A stretch of DNA of 64,000 nt from Azolla caroliniana (GCA_043228905.1 JBHGNT010000016.1:13702001-13766000); one strand, 5' to 3'. Positions 36,245 through 49,877 are shown, counted from the first letter of the stretch. The notes: generated by a model not told the origin, from the letters alone. Numbers and translations are program-made.

Positions 36245-36849
36245 TACGAGTGATTTTTGTAAATTTTACACTCCTCAATGATATTTTGGTATCTAATGTA
36301 AGATAGTGTCGTTTGTAATACTCGAAATATGCGTAAATTATGTTTAGAAATATTATTGCTTTGTACAAACATTGTTTGTTACAAAATACATTACATCTTG
36401 ACTTCTCAGTGATAGTGAACATTGTAACATTTCGATTATAACATAATTTTAGCGCTTTTCCAAGTTTAGGAAATGATGATTTTTTGAGGTTTTCCAACGA
36501 CATTTTGAGAACATGTGATACTGGTATCATTACGTTTTGTATATAGAGTATATAAACCCTAAAATTTGAGGGAATATTCCTTATCCTTCCATTTTTGTGC
36601 GATCCTTCCACTTCTGAACGCGAACGTGTTTGTACCGTATCTAACATACCTAACAACCTTGCACTCACCGAGAAGACCACAATTGTTCAAGTGGTCATCT
36701 CCCCACTTCACCTGACCATTGAGAGTAGTAGTAGCACTTGTGAGACAAACCTCCCACTGTTTCTGACTGAGCCCGTCCCGTGTACGACAGCTTCAAACAA
36801 TATACATGCACAACCATGGCCTTCTCTTATCCTAGTTACAATGGTGGAA

Positions 36850-39800
36850 CCGATGTGAAGGCCCATGGACGATCTTTTCTTAATGTCTAGAACATGAACC
36901 ATCTGTCGCAGCAGCTTTCGGAAGCCGATGCCAATGCATGTAAGATCGCAGAGTTTGGGCTCACCTTTGATGGACGAGTAGTGCGATGGCACTCACAACT
37001 CAATCTCTCGACTTTCACAACCTTCGACCAGCTCCACACAAAGTTCCTTCGATTGTTTCAACGTAGTGTTTCACAACATGAAATCATTGGTCAGTTCTAC
37101 TCTATCCAGCAGTTCAATCAAGAACCTCTCGTCGACTTCCTCATCCAGTTCCAGAAGTTACACGGGCACACACCAAGTACGAGGCTAAGGAAACCTTCCT
37201 CGCCACTTTGCAGGGACCCATGCGAACAACGTTGCGCATGCTTGATTTTCTGGGCCAGACAATGGACACGGTCATCGATCGGGTTCTCCGGCTGAAACTA
37301 AAGACACAGGCACAAGAATGTCCATGTCATCCTTATGGGAGGCACTACTGCAAGACAATGAGTATCATTTCTGGCAGGCCATTCAATGCACAATTTGCCT
37401 CAACCTGCGACACTCGGCAGTCAATTGCAACATGCAGGCCCACTACCCTATGCCATACTGGAGACATACAGTTGACCATTGCAAGTACTACCTTTTGAAT
37501 CAACCCTTGGTGCTGGTTCAACGAATCGAACTGCAATGTAACAATCAGCAACCCAATAAGAGATTTCGACAGAATGAGCGTTATCGCAACGCAGACCGGA
37601 ATCGGCGCAGTGACTGTAATAGTTGAGACGATGATCAATATTGAGACAATGATGGTAGAGAAGAAGATGACTATTGTCGGAACGACTGGTATAACAACCA
37701 TAGAGGGTGATTCAACGAGAATCTGCACTCCACGAAGAATCGAGGTGGACAGGCTGAAACACGGACATACAATAGTGACAGACAATCGCGTAGCCAGCAG
37801 ACCCGCAATGACAGTTCGGAAGAAGATCGACGGTGTCCCCAAAATAACAATTGCCAAGACTCTTGTAGGAGGCCGTGGAATATGTGGTAGCATCAGTATC
37901 AGACAGTGACCTCGCGATGACCCTATACCACCACCCGAGCCCATGGCACAATATATAGCACAAACAAGTGAGCCTAGTGTACAATGTTTTATCTACCAGC
38001 AACCAAGGCATTACGTAACTCAATGGCCATGATGCGATAAGGGCAAGGCACCGGAGGTGAATATGATCACAGCGAAAGTACAACAAGTGACCACCCGCAA
38101 CTTGTCAAAGGTTGTCGAGTGGGAACTGCAAGAAGACATAACAAAAGTTGCAAAAACCTAGGTGGAAAAAGCCAATGAGGCCAACATCGACCACATGCGT
38201 CAGGATGGAGCAACTGAGGCATCATCGTGACGTATGGAGGATGCTATGATGGGTGAGGATCCAGTATGAGAGACCCTCGTAGACTGCCAAATCACACTGA
38301 CAATGACCAAGCTATTAAACTTGGTCCCTCGATTCCGGCAAGCAATGAAAACCCACATGTGTAGAACGAACCAGGTAATGATTCTTGCCAATTTCGCTAG
38401 GCCCGGCTGTGGTGGATCACCATAACCTGACCGTTAAGGTCATCTTACAAGGGGAGAAAAGCTCAGGGTGTATAGTCGATGATGGTTCTAGGGGGAACAT
38501 CATTAGCAAAGCCACTTGCAACCGCCTCGGCATTACAGATTAGGAAGTATGCCCATTCTGGCTCTACATGGCGGATACATGATCCGTCCGATCACTAAGT
38601 CTACTTCGTAAGTTATAGATCATGATAGCTGGACATACATTCAAGATATCGACCATTGTATTGGCCCTTGATGCTCTTGGTGCTTACCCCCTCCTGTTAG
38701 GTCTCCCATGGTTGCACTCGGCAAACATCAAGCAGAATTGGCAATATGACAACATCAATTTTCGTCGATGTTGAGCCAAGGATTGGGTGTCAACGCAAGA
38801 GAGCACCCCACCTACTAAAGCTATGACTCCATTGTACGCGGAGGAAGTCCACATGTTCAAGGGGTTACACGATGAGGAACTAGAAAATTATCTTAAAGAT
38901 CACCCTCAAATTGTGCCATTATTCGAAATCGATGTCATCGAGATGGTTGGGGCATACGCCACACTTGCAATAGCCGCAGACGAGGATTGCAAACCCGATA
39001 CAGAGGTTCTCATGGAACTCTGGAGGGCGCAGGATGCATTCGATTGAGAAATGGAAATCTCTCGACGGGGTACAACATCGGCCTTAGAGGAAATCAATGT
39101 CATGACTTCTAATGCATCGTGTCCCCCAGTCGATTGCGAAGGAATTACCTCCTTCAGCAAAGGCAGCCATGATCGACTTGTTGCACGAATATAAAGATGT
39201 ATTTGCATGGTCTCATGAGGACATAAAGGAGCTGGAACCAAAATTCTACCAGCATCAGATCAACCTAGTGACGGATGCAAAGCCTGTACAACAAAGGCAT
39301 TATCAAATGAACCCGAATTACGCGGCATGGGTAAAAGACGAAATAGGCAAACTCTTGAAAATCGGGTTCATCAGAACAGTCAAGTAGGTAATGTGGCTGA
39401 GTCTAATTGTAGTCATACCAAACAAGAACGGGAAAATTTGCGTTACCATCGACTATCAGAAATTGAACACGGAAACAATAACATATGATTATGCCCTTCC
39501 GTTCACGGATGGCGTACTTGATGACGTAGCAGGGTACGAAATGTATAGTTTTTTCGATGGCTTCAATGGCTATAATTAGATCCATATGCATCTTGAAGAT
39601 CAGGAAAAAATACTTTCGTGACAGATTGGGGCGTATTTGTAGCTTTAGTGATGATGTTTGGGCTTAAAATGACACCTACGACATTTCAGCACATCATCAC
39701 AAAAATCTTCACTAAATACATACCCACTTTTATGTAGGTCTTCCTTGACGACTTCACAGTTTACTACGCACGGGACAAGCATTTACGGCACCTCTGGTTT

Positions 39801-41980
39801 TGGTTTGAGTGATGCCGCTCAGCACAGCTCAACCTTAATCTCGCCAAGTGCACGTTCGGCGTAACATGTGGTGCTCTCTTGGGAGACATATTAAGCCGAG
39901 AATGCATTGCGGTTGATGCAAGGAAGATTAAAGCCATTATCGAGGATCTAACCCCAATGAATGCGAAGGCCTTCAGTCATTTTCTAGGACAAATCCATTG
40001 GCACGGTCGGATGTTGCACTATCTAGCAGACTTTGCGACACCCTTGCATGCGGCGGTGCATCAAACATTGTTCTCTTGGATTCAAATGGAGGACAATGCA
40101 TACATGGCATTGAAGGTCATGCTCACTTAGGCACCGGTTGTACAGGCACTAGATTGGACGCAACCGTTCCAAGTGTTCGTGGATGCATCAGACATAGTCA
40201 TCGACAGCGCATTGATCCAAATGACTCAACCGAATTGGTATCAGCCAGTCTACTACTCCAACCAAAAACTTTCGGTTTCCGAACATAACTACTCCACAAT
40301 CGAGTGTGAAGCCCTAGGCATGATATATAGCATCAATAAATTTCGACACTACCTATTGGGCCGAAAATTTGTCTTTCATGTGGATCATGCAACACTTCTC
40401 TATCTGGGGTCAAAATAGTTGCTAACAAACATATTGGATACTCCTATTATAGGAATTCGAATTCAAGATCCAACATCAACCAAGTGTTCAACATGCGGTT
40501 GCCGACTTTCTAAACCATATTAAAAATAGAGAGAATGTTGTCGAAGGGAATGATGACTTTCCGAATAGCAGAATTCTACACATTTCGGCAAGCGATGCCG
40601 AGATAGACAAGTTATTACCAAATGATAAATGGCTCGAGGATATGAGCCATTTTCTAAGCACAAGATTACCACCTCCATAGATGCGAACGGACAAGAAGTG
40701 ATTGACGATCAGGACTCATAACCTTTGCTTATTAGAAGGAACCCTGTATCACAAGGGAAGCGACGACATTTGGTGAAGGTGTGTTCAAAATGATTAGAAG
40801 GAAATCATGTTATGAGAAGCCCATTGTGGTATAGTCGGGGGTCATTACCCGGGTGTCACTACCGCGTGGAAGATATGGCAAGGTGGTCTCTAGTGGCCAA
40901 CCACACAAAAGGATGCCCAAGACTACTACCAAGAGTGCACCCGATGCTAGAGAATAGGAAAAACTACGGAGTGAGCCCGAATGCCATATCAGCCTATGCT
41001 TCCATTAGAGCCATTCCAAAAATGGGGCCTTGATTTCGTCATCCCATTTACCCCAGCTGCAGCACACATGGGCAACAGATACATTTTGGTCGCAATGGAT
41101 TACTACACCAAATGGGTAGAGGCAAAGCATTACGGGACAACACGGTGGCATCCACCACCAAATTTTACATGAGAACATTTGGTGTCGTTTCGGATGCCCT
41201 ATCAAACTCATGAGAGACCAAGGAGGCCACTTCCTAAATATGTTGATTCACGGGTTCACCAACCACTACGCCATAGTCCACAAAAGTGCACCCCGTGTTA
41301 CCCTGAGGCGAATGGGCTAGCAGAGTCGATGAACAAAATCTTATAAATTTTTTTAATGAAGATCCTCAATGAAAACCACACGGATTGGGATACTAAGCTT
41401 TAAAGCACCCTATGGGCATGCCGACAAAGTTTAAAAACCGGTATCCAGTGCACCCCATTCCAGTTAGCCTTTGGACTTGAACCTGTAATGCCCATCGAGT
41501 TCCACGTTCCAAGCTTGCAGATACAGATTCGGGAATGCCTTCCCAAAAACAATAAGAACAACTACAATTGTAGCAACTTCTTGAACTCGGCGAAGACAGG
41601 GTATGGAGCATGGTGATCTTGGATTAGGAACAATGTTGTCGAAAGGCATTCGTGGATCAACATCGAGGGGGTAATAAGAAATTGTTCGAAATCAGAAAAG
41701 TCGTACTCCTGTTCCAAACACGCATGGGGAAAATGCTAGGAAAACTCTAATTTTGGTGGAGAGGCCTGTATTGGATAATCGGTGTCGAAAACAATACTTT
41801 CGAGCTCGGTACTCTTGCTGGGGAAGTTTTACGACAAAAGGTCAACGGGCGTTCGACTCAAGCCGTATTGGGGGCCCACACTGCCAAACCCTTTCAAAAA
41901 TGCGATAAAATCAATGGATGAAAATGTCGGTCCACTTCTTGCCAAGTCAATTTCGAGGTGTGGACCCATACCTCATTAAT
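36850..41980 (+). mobile_element. Heavily decayed Ty3/gypsy gag-pol, relative of the 14776 element
   Basis: Shared motifs ANHLSQ/KIAEFG, QAIQC, PLYAE, DAKPV, DGFNGYN, FVDASD and WGLDF in many broken frames. Confidence 0.88.
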
Positions 41981-42659
41981 GCAACCCCACTCTGTAATCA
42001 TCTACCATTACTAGCTCATAGTAGCAGCCATTACCGTTAGGTGTGGAATGAAAAAAAAACAAGAAAAAGGAAAAATAAAAAGGCATTCAAAACTATATAA
42101 AAAAAAGATCTTGCATGTAGGTGTAGATCCTAAAATAGCAAGTACCGCACTATCACACACATGGACAACATGGCTCAAAGAATCTTGAATGCTAACATCC
42201 CAACCTCACAAAAAGGGGATTCAAGACATTTCTATGCACATAGCAGAAAATCTCATTACCCTCTCAACTCTCTAAGCTCTCCTTGCTCTTTCAGCTCCCC
42301 TCACTCTCCTCACTCTCCACACTCCCATAGACTCTCAGACCCTCACTCCCTTCCCTCAGCCCGCTCCCCTCGTGCTTCCTAGCACACATACAACCTCTTT
42401 GCACCGCTAGACACCAACATTGCCATGTTGATTGACATTTCCCCAACTCTTCGATGGTGGCTCCATGACCACGTCCTCGCAGGTTACATCCTAGTGGTGA
42501 ACGCACAGCCCCACCCCAACTCCCATGGCATGGCAACCAAGATCATCATCGATATGATCACAAATTCTACGATCGAGAAGAAGCTAGGATGACCTTGATA
42601 GGGGAACGCCACTTCAAGATCCCTCCCACAGAGGTTCTTGAATGATACTTTGGCAAATA

Positions 42660-43776
42660 TGTTGGGAAATCGGTCCCTCCGGATGGGATCCTGTTATGAA
42701 CGAAGAAGACCCAGTGAGAACCGGAAGAGATCCGGAAACCGGATCCGTGGACCCGGTGAGAACCAGAAGTGAAGACATACTTATAAATATGTTTTGAGTA
42801 ACCCTATATGAGGTTATGTTTGTAAATAGCCCGAAGTTCATATAAGTATAAATATGACTTAGGGCAATCACTTTAATAGTGTGGTGAGAGGTGTGTTGCC
42901 ATATTGTTGTAAGTGTAACTATTGTACAGAGAGAGAAAGAGAAAAGCTACTATGAGCTTTTCTGTTGTAACCGCCACCTGGCGAAGATCCCTTGTGCATA
43001 CACTTTGTATTCCTCTCATATAGTGTGATAGTTAGGGGTCTGTGGGCTCCCGTGGTTTTTCCCTATTAGGGTTTTCCACGTAAACATCCTGTGTACTCTC
43101 TTTGTTGCTTAGTGTTTATCTCCACCTCCCCATTTCTTGTGTTTTGATTCTCACGAAGTGATCTAAGACTCGGTTGTGGACGAGTAGCATTCCGCACTAT
43201 TCTTCACAAACTGGTATCAGATCGAACCACACAGAAATGGAAGAATCATTCGGCAGCATGTTCAAGGTCACCGGCTCCAACTACTCTGTGTGGAAGTCGA
43301 AGATGAGGGATATGTTGGTGGTGAAAGATCTTTGGTTGTCGGTACTATTTGGGGATGCAAAACCGGACAAGATCGATGCCACAACATGGGAGGTGATGCA
43401 CATGAAGACGACGGCATACATCCGGTGCTTCATCGACATGAGCCTGTATAACAACTTCAATGAATAGAGCAAGGCTCATGAACTCTGGGAGAATATCGAC
43501 ATCATGTTCTAGAACAAAAATGTCATTAACTGGGTTTTGGTATTCCGAAAGCTAGTGAGGCTCCGGAACCAAGACGGCTCCAGTATGGCGGGGCACATGA
43601 ATGCCTTCCAAGGGCTAATACATCAAGCAACCTCGCTGGAAGTACCTCTCGCCGATTAGGTACTCGCATTACTCCTGCTCGGTTCCCTCCCGGATAGTTG
43701 GGATATGCTAGTTGTCACATTGGGCAACATCGAGCCGGAAGGAAAACAGTTGTCCCTAGAGCGGCTTAGGGTCACC
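42660..43776 (+). mobile_element. 5' fragment of Ty1/copia (LTR 42660-43208, PBS, truncated gag)
   Basis: TGTTGGGA...TCACA; TGGTATCAGATC (tRNA-iMet-type PBS) at 43212; gag near-identical in motif to 46479. Confidence 0.88.
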
Positions 43777-45685
43777 TTAACCGGTAACACTTCCTATGGC
43801 CGATGCGTAGGGTATCTTCATATTGAGCTGTATCTCCTTTTCCGTTGATGGAGAGTCTCTATCCGATAGTCGTATCGTTGTCAGAAGTGATGTTGGTGTT
43901 GGCTTCACGTTCTCCATGTTGAAATGCCTCAGTACCTTTCGGATGTAGTCAAATAGGGAGAGGAGGAGATTCTTTGTCATCGGATTTCACTTGATCCTCA
44001 TGCCCAATATGTGTCGGGCTTGTCCACATTCCTTCATTGCAAACATGTCGTAAAGGCTCTGTTTCAGCTTTTTGGCTTTGATTTGATTGTGCTCCTGGCA
44101 ATTAGCATGTCATCGACATATAGGAGCAAATAGATTTGGGATTTGTCGGCCAATTACCGAGTATATAGACATGGGTCAGAGTCAAACTAGCTATAGTCGA
44201 GCTATCGGATGTAGGAGTCAAACTTCTAGTACCACAATCTTGGCACTTGTTTTAAGCCATAGGGGCTTTTCTTCAATCTACATACAAGGTGACCTTCCTC
44301 CCCCATTGAGGAGAAGCTTGTCGGGTGGAACATGTAGATGTCCTCTTCCAAGTCTACATGTAGGAAAGCAATCTTGACATCTAGTTGCTCAAGCTCAAGG
44401 TCTTTTGTCGCCGCGACCCCAAGTAGGAGCTAAAGGGTGGTCATCTTGAGTATTGGAGATAATATCTCATCGTAATCAACCCTGTCCTCTTGTTTGAATC
44501 CCTTTGCGACCAGCCGAGCTTTGTACTTGGGCTTCTCTCAGTCAAATACATACTTGTATATGAAGACCCATTTGTATAACAACAACTTCCTTCTGATTAG
44601 TAGTTCAACCAACTCCCATGTATTGTTTTGATGAATCCAGTCCATCTCAAATTTCATGGCTTGTAGCCATGCATTAGCATCTGAAGTGGCTCTACCTTCT
44701 TCGCATGTGCTTGGTTCACCTGCATCGGTGTAGTTGACGTAGTCGAGGCCCAATTGGTAAAACTCGGTTGGCTTTCAAACTCGTCCAAATCTCTTGGGTG
44801 CCGAATTCATCGGTTCAGATCCTTTGATCGGCTGTGTCGGTTGATTGGCACTTGTTGAACCACTTATATCAAGAGTCCTATTGGTTGACTCACCCCTATG
44901 ATAGGATTTCTTTGGGATTGATTGACTTGGGGATAGGAGTCTTCGCCGACTCAAGTCAACTTTTCCACTGAGCCTTGTTGGGTGTTTTGGTCGAATCAAC
45001 TCTATCTTTTTTTGTTTTTTTCTCTTGTCAATCTGGTGATCAGATTAGTTTTGACTAGTGGACCTTTCATTGATTCGGAGTTTGCAAGCATAGACTCGGC
45101 TTGGTTGAGTTCAACTGTTTGTCGAATCTCCGATTTGGTACAGTGAGTCGGTCCTTCTATGACATCTTTGTCAACTTTGAAGGATACCTTTTTACCAACA
45201 ATTTTCTACTGGTGCTTCTCAAAGAGAATCGAGTCTTCATTGAAGACGACGTCGCTACTTCGGATCAATTTCTAGTTCTCTAGGTCCCATAGCCTATAAC
45301 CTAATTCCCCATCAGTTCCATAACCAAGAAATATGCATTTTGCTGCCAACTTGGTCCTTTTCTCCATGGGGATGAAGGCATAACCTTCACATCCCAAATA
45401 TTGGAGCCTATCATAGGTCGTTTTTTTGCCTAACCATAGTTCCTATGGCACTTGAAACTTGATTACTTTCAATGGTGACAGGTTGATCAAATATACTTTC
45501 GTCTGCAATGCTTCAACCCAAAACTCCAACTTTAGTTTGGCTTGCTGGAACATTGTCGTCACCCACTTCTAGATCATTAGGTTGATCCATTCGACCACTC
45601 CATTCCACATGGGTGTGTAAGGAACAATCTTTTGATGGTAGATCCCTTTGTCGGACAAGTACTGTTTGAAGGCCCAGGAGGTGTA
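43777..45685 (-). mobile_element. Decayed Ty1/copia integrase-RT remnant
   Basis: Minus-strand [15 protein letters not shown]-x-AFLH, IPYASAIGS and NNTWELVEL motifs. Confidence 0.85.
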
Positions 45686-46449
45686 TGTTGGGAGACAGGT
45701 CCCTCCGGATGGTGTAGACCGGGTATGAACCGGATGAGGAGTGCCCGGCTACGGAGAGCCGGATGGTGCAGACCCGGTATGAACCGGATGAGGAGTATCC
45801 GGCTACGGAGAGCCGGATGGTGTAGACCCGGTATGGACCGGATGAGGAGTACACGGCTACGGAGAGCCGGATGGTGCAGACCTGGTATGAACCGGATGAG
45901 GAGTACCCGGCTACGGAGAGCCGGATGATACAGAGCCGGTGAAGACCGGATGAGGAGTACCCGGCTACAGAGAACCGGATGGTACAGACCCGGTGAGAAC
46001 CGGACGAAGAGACATATTCGTAAATATGTTTCCTGAGAGCCCATCGAGGCTATACTTGTAAATAGCCGAAAAGTCATATTAGTATAAATATGACTTAGGG
46101 CAAACTTACAATTGTTGTTGTTATTCTGGTCTGCGCGAGATTAGAGCGTGTAACTGTGTACAGAGAGAGAGAGAGAGTGAGAGGAAGAGGTCGTTGCCTC
46201 TGTTGTAACCGCTGCCTGTGGCGAAGATCGTGAGCACGAGGTCGTTGCCTCTGTGAACTCACCGTTTGTACATTCCAACATAGTGATAGTTTGCAGCCTG
46301 TGGGCTGCCGTGGTTTTTTCCCTTAGTTTGGGTTTTCCACGTAAACATCCTGTGTACCTTTTTCTCTCTCCTTTGCATCGTGTTTTCCGTTTCCTGTTTT
46401 CTGTGTATGATTCTAAGCTCGGTTGTGGCCGAGCGTTGAGTTCTCGTCA
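45686..46449 (+). repeat. Copia 5' LTR
   Basis: TG...CA, TATAAATA near 46084, followed by the iMet PBS. Confidence 0.88.
45705..46010 (+). repeat. 54-bp tandem repeats in copia U3
   Basis: CCGGATGGTGTAGACCCGGTATGAACCGGATGAGGAGTACCCGGCTACGGAGAG, about 5.5 copies. Confidence 0.95.
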
Positions 46450-47076
46450 AGTGGTATCAGAGCGAAACGACAAAGAAAATGGACGAATCGTTTGGTGGCA
46501 TGTTCAAGCTCACCGGCTCCAACTATTCAGTATGGAAGTCGAAGATGAGGGACATGCTCGTGGTTAAAGACCTCTGGCTGCCGGTTCAGTTCGGGGACAA
46601 GAGACCGGACAAAATCGACGCCGCGATATGGGAGGTGATGCACATGAAGACAACGGCATACATACGGTGCTTCATCGACATGAGCCTATACAACAACTTC
46701 AATGAAGAGAGCAAGGCTCATGAGCTCTGGGAGAAGATCGGCATAATGTTTCAAAACAAAAATGCTGTTAATCAGGTTTCGGTATTCCGGAAGCTAGTAA
46801 GACTCCGGTACCAAGATGGCTCCAGCATGGCGGAGCACATGAATGCCTTCCAGGGGCTGATACACCAGGCAACATCATTGGAAGTACCTCTCGCTGATGA
46901 GGTACTAGCGCTACTCCTGCTCGGTTCCCTCCCGGATAGCTGGGAGACGTTGGTTGTCACTTTGGGCAACGCCGGGCCGGAAGGAAAACGGTTATCCCTA
47001 GCAAGAGTAAAGTCGAGCTTGCTAGATGAGGAGGCGCGTCGGAAAGATAAGGATACGAGCTCCGACTCCGAAGCGC

Positions 47077-47723
47077 TGTCGTGACGATTTTCGGCTACGG
47101 TGTGAAACCGAGTGAGATGAATAAACCAAGGATGTGCAACATTGCACATACACTTAGCAAATAAGCCTCCTAAGGCCTAGTGGCACTTGAGTTCATACAG
47201 AGGGGTGCAAGCAAGGTTTGAACCTTGCACCTCTAAGATACAAGATAATTGCCTTACCACTAGGACAACTATCATATAGTGTAAATTTTATGTATTTCAT
47301 TTTCATATACAAATTATAGACGAAACAACCATAGAAAACCATGTACACAAAACCATGGTTTTAAACCCATGGTTTGTGCATGACATAAGCAAAACCGTGT
47401 GCACAAAACCATGGTTTTAGCCCATGGTTTTGTGCATGTCACAAGCATGGAAAGACCTATAAAAGCCTCTAGTTGGGCTTGTGTAAGGGGGGCTCAATAT
47501 GTGATATCACCAACACCATTATCATCAATATAATTATATTTGTCTTTATCTTCTTCATTATTTTCTACTTCTCAAGTGTACAAGCTTTCTTCTTCTCAAG
47601 TGAACAAATTCCGTCTAATCTTACATTGATCGTCATCTCTTCGATAATTCCGCGAACATCCTCCCCAGTCCAAGACCCCGGTGGTCGCTCGAGTAGCACA
47701 CGCACGCACGAATCTTCGCGACA
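47077..47723 (+). mobile_element. Solo LTR of the TGTCG...CGACA Ty3 group
   Basis: Termini TGTCG/CGACA; 4-bp TSD GCGC/TCGC; removal restores copia EALLTE; internal AAAACCATGGTTTT palindromes; TATAAAA near 47458. Confidence 0.85.
47205..47270 (-). promoter_or_regulatory. tRNA-like A-box/B-box cassette, antisense in the solo LTR
   Basis: Minus strand TGTCCTAGTGG(TAA) and GGTTCAAACC, starts 43 nt apart; GCAAGG/CCTTGC T-stem. Confidence 0.55.
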
Positions 47724-48608
47724 TCGCTCCTTACCGAATCGGAACGCGGAAGACATAGAAACCGTAGTCCCCAGAACCGGGAGAAGTCGGGGACACGGTC
47801 AAAGTCAAGGGCGAGGCCCACTTGCTTCTATTGTGGCAAGACGGGACACTTCCAAAAGAACTTTCGGCATTTCCGAAAAGATAAGGAGACCGACGGTACC
47901 GATTCGAAGCGGACCCCGGACCGGAACAGTAAAGACCGGAGGGGGCCGGACTAGAAGGGAACGACGACAATCGCGGCAAGTGAAGAAGAGTTGATGCTCA
48001 TCACCGAGGAGAGTGAGATAAACCTTGCCGGCGACGAGATGACCTGGGTGGTAGACTCCGGAGCGTCGTTCCACCTCACCCCGGACCGGAAATGCTTCTC
48101 ATCCTACTCAGCCGGTGATCACGGCTGTGTCCGGATGGGGAATGAAGGTACATGCCGAATTGTCGGCATAGGAGACGTGTGGCTGTCCACACCAACCGGA
48201 TGCAAGTTGCTGTTGAGGGAAGTCCGACACGTTCCGAAGGTTCGACTGAACCTGATATCAGTCGGTCGGCTAGATGATGAGGGCTACACAGGTAGCATCC
48301 GGAACAGTGTCATGAAGTTCAACAAAGGGAGCCTGATTGTGGCTCGGGCCCGAAAGGTAAACACCCTGTACCTGATGAATGCCCAGTTATGTCTGGAAGA
48401 AGTGAACATGGCATCCGACACTGCCGGTGAGCTGTGGCACAAGAGACTGTGTCATATGAGCGAGAAGGGGATGAAGAGGCTTGCAGACGACAACCTCATT
48501 CCAGTGAAGAACGTTGTCGTAGTGTATTCCGCACACTACGTGAAAACCATAAAATAATATATCCGATTTTAGATACATATAAATAAATAAATAAATAAAA
48601 TTTATCAA

Positions 48609-48676
48609 GTGCATAGGGCAGGATTCGAACCATGCACCTCCACGTAGATAAACCCCAACATTACCATTGTAATAAC
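48609..48676 (-). promoter_or_regulatory. tRNA-like A-box/B-box cassette, antisense in the outer LTR (also about 62516-62583)
   Basis: Minus strand TATTACAATGG(TAA) and a perfect B-box GGTTCGAATCC, starts 43 nt apart, followed by a T-rich tract. Confidence 0.6.
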
Positions 48677-49063
48677 TTATCTTTAGTGTTATAAATATAG
48701 ATTTAATACGTATAAGACCTTTATTTATACATACCTTTATTAAAAGGTAAAAATCATGTATTCTTTAGAGTGTGAATATTTTATTTACACATGACATTAA
48801 AAGTGACTCATGCACATCTAGCGTGCACGAGCCCTATATTTAGGAAATGACAAAACATCACATGCACATTTAGTGTGCATGGGCACTTTAGGTGAAAAAG
48901 CATGAAGCCATGCTTAGCCTCTTCCATCTTTATATAAGGAGGAGAAAAATATGTATATGGTTGTTGATTAATATACATGGTTGGATCAATCTAATATATT
49001 CGTGGGATTCACGAATTTTGCCATCTAATTGCTCTTATAATCTAAATATTGTTTTAATTACGC

Positions 49064-49855
49064 TGTCGTGAAGAAAACCGTCCATAGGCGGAATCGGCGC
49101 ACCAAGGCGTGGGAACCGGTTCTTCACGCGCGCACGCTCCAAGTTGTACATAGAAGCGAATTAGGAGGATAATCGGCAGGAACGGGCCCTAACACGAGTG
49201 GAGACAAAGACCGCGCGAACAGTCTTTTCAGTCGCGCGCGCGAGCTAAGGAACTGTACGAGTCGGCGGCGTAACTACGCGGATGCGTGAAGAACGGAGCG
49301 GATCCCTGTCCAAAAGGGACAGGGAATAAAGCTGACAGGACGGCCTGCTCGTCGGCCTATATAAGGAGCAGGAAAGAGCTGTTGCAGGCATCTCGCGCAG
49401 AGAGGACGAAGTGCTGTCGGACCGTTTCTGGACGCTTCTCTCTCTGTTTCCTTCCTTCTTGAGCTCCATAGCTTTTCTGTGCAGGGTTCCGAGGAGGCTC
49501 GTGCTGTTTCGAGGAACGCCCGAGTGCTTCCGGCAGCACCTCCGACCTGCTACCCCTTTGTGCGTCGAAGCGAACAAGCATCGGCATCTGTTCGCCGGCC
49601 TGTTCGGTTGTAGCCAACCTGTGCCCCATCGAGGGTTGTAGTCGTGTTAGCCATTTTGTTAATATACATATTTAGTCATTCGCATCTGTCTGTGTCGGTG
49701 TCTGTTCGCGTTCTCCGTGCTGAAGGGCCGTGTCCCTGTGTATCCCCGGTCCTGCGTAGCCGGTTCTCTCTCTTTCTCCTCCCTCGCTTGCTCTTTGGTT
49801 CGAGACCCCCGCGGTCCCGCCTCGTTTCCACACGCACTTGCGTAATATCTCGACA
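49064..49855 (+). repeat. Inner element 5' LTR (792 bp)
   Basis: Near-identical to 55564-56614. Confidence 0.96.
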
Positions 49856-49859
49856 TCTT

Positions 49860-49877
49860 TGGTGAACCCGACGTGAA
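49860..49877 (+). promoter_or_regulatory. Primer-binding site complementary to the tRNA-Trp 3' end
   Basis: TGGTGAACCCGACGTGAA, identical at 56771-56788; matches the plant tRNA-Trp 3' end as recalled. Confidence 0.85.

Larger units (their letters stand above)
46479..48514 (+). pseudogene. gag-pol: Copia gag-protease-preintegrase, split by a solo LTR
   Basis: LTGSNYSVWK, LLGSLPDSWE, CFYCGKTGH, WVVDSGASFH, LWHKRLCHMSEKG. Confidence 0.92.

Noticed and set aside
19217-43776. A single inversion explaining both tail-to-tail junctions
   Set aside because: Flipping the segment would join Ty3 RT to antisense copia gag and restores neither element.
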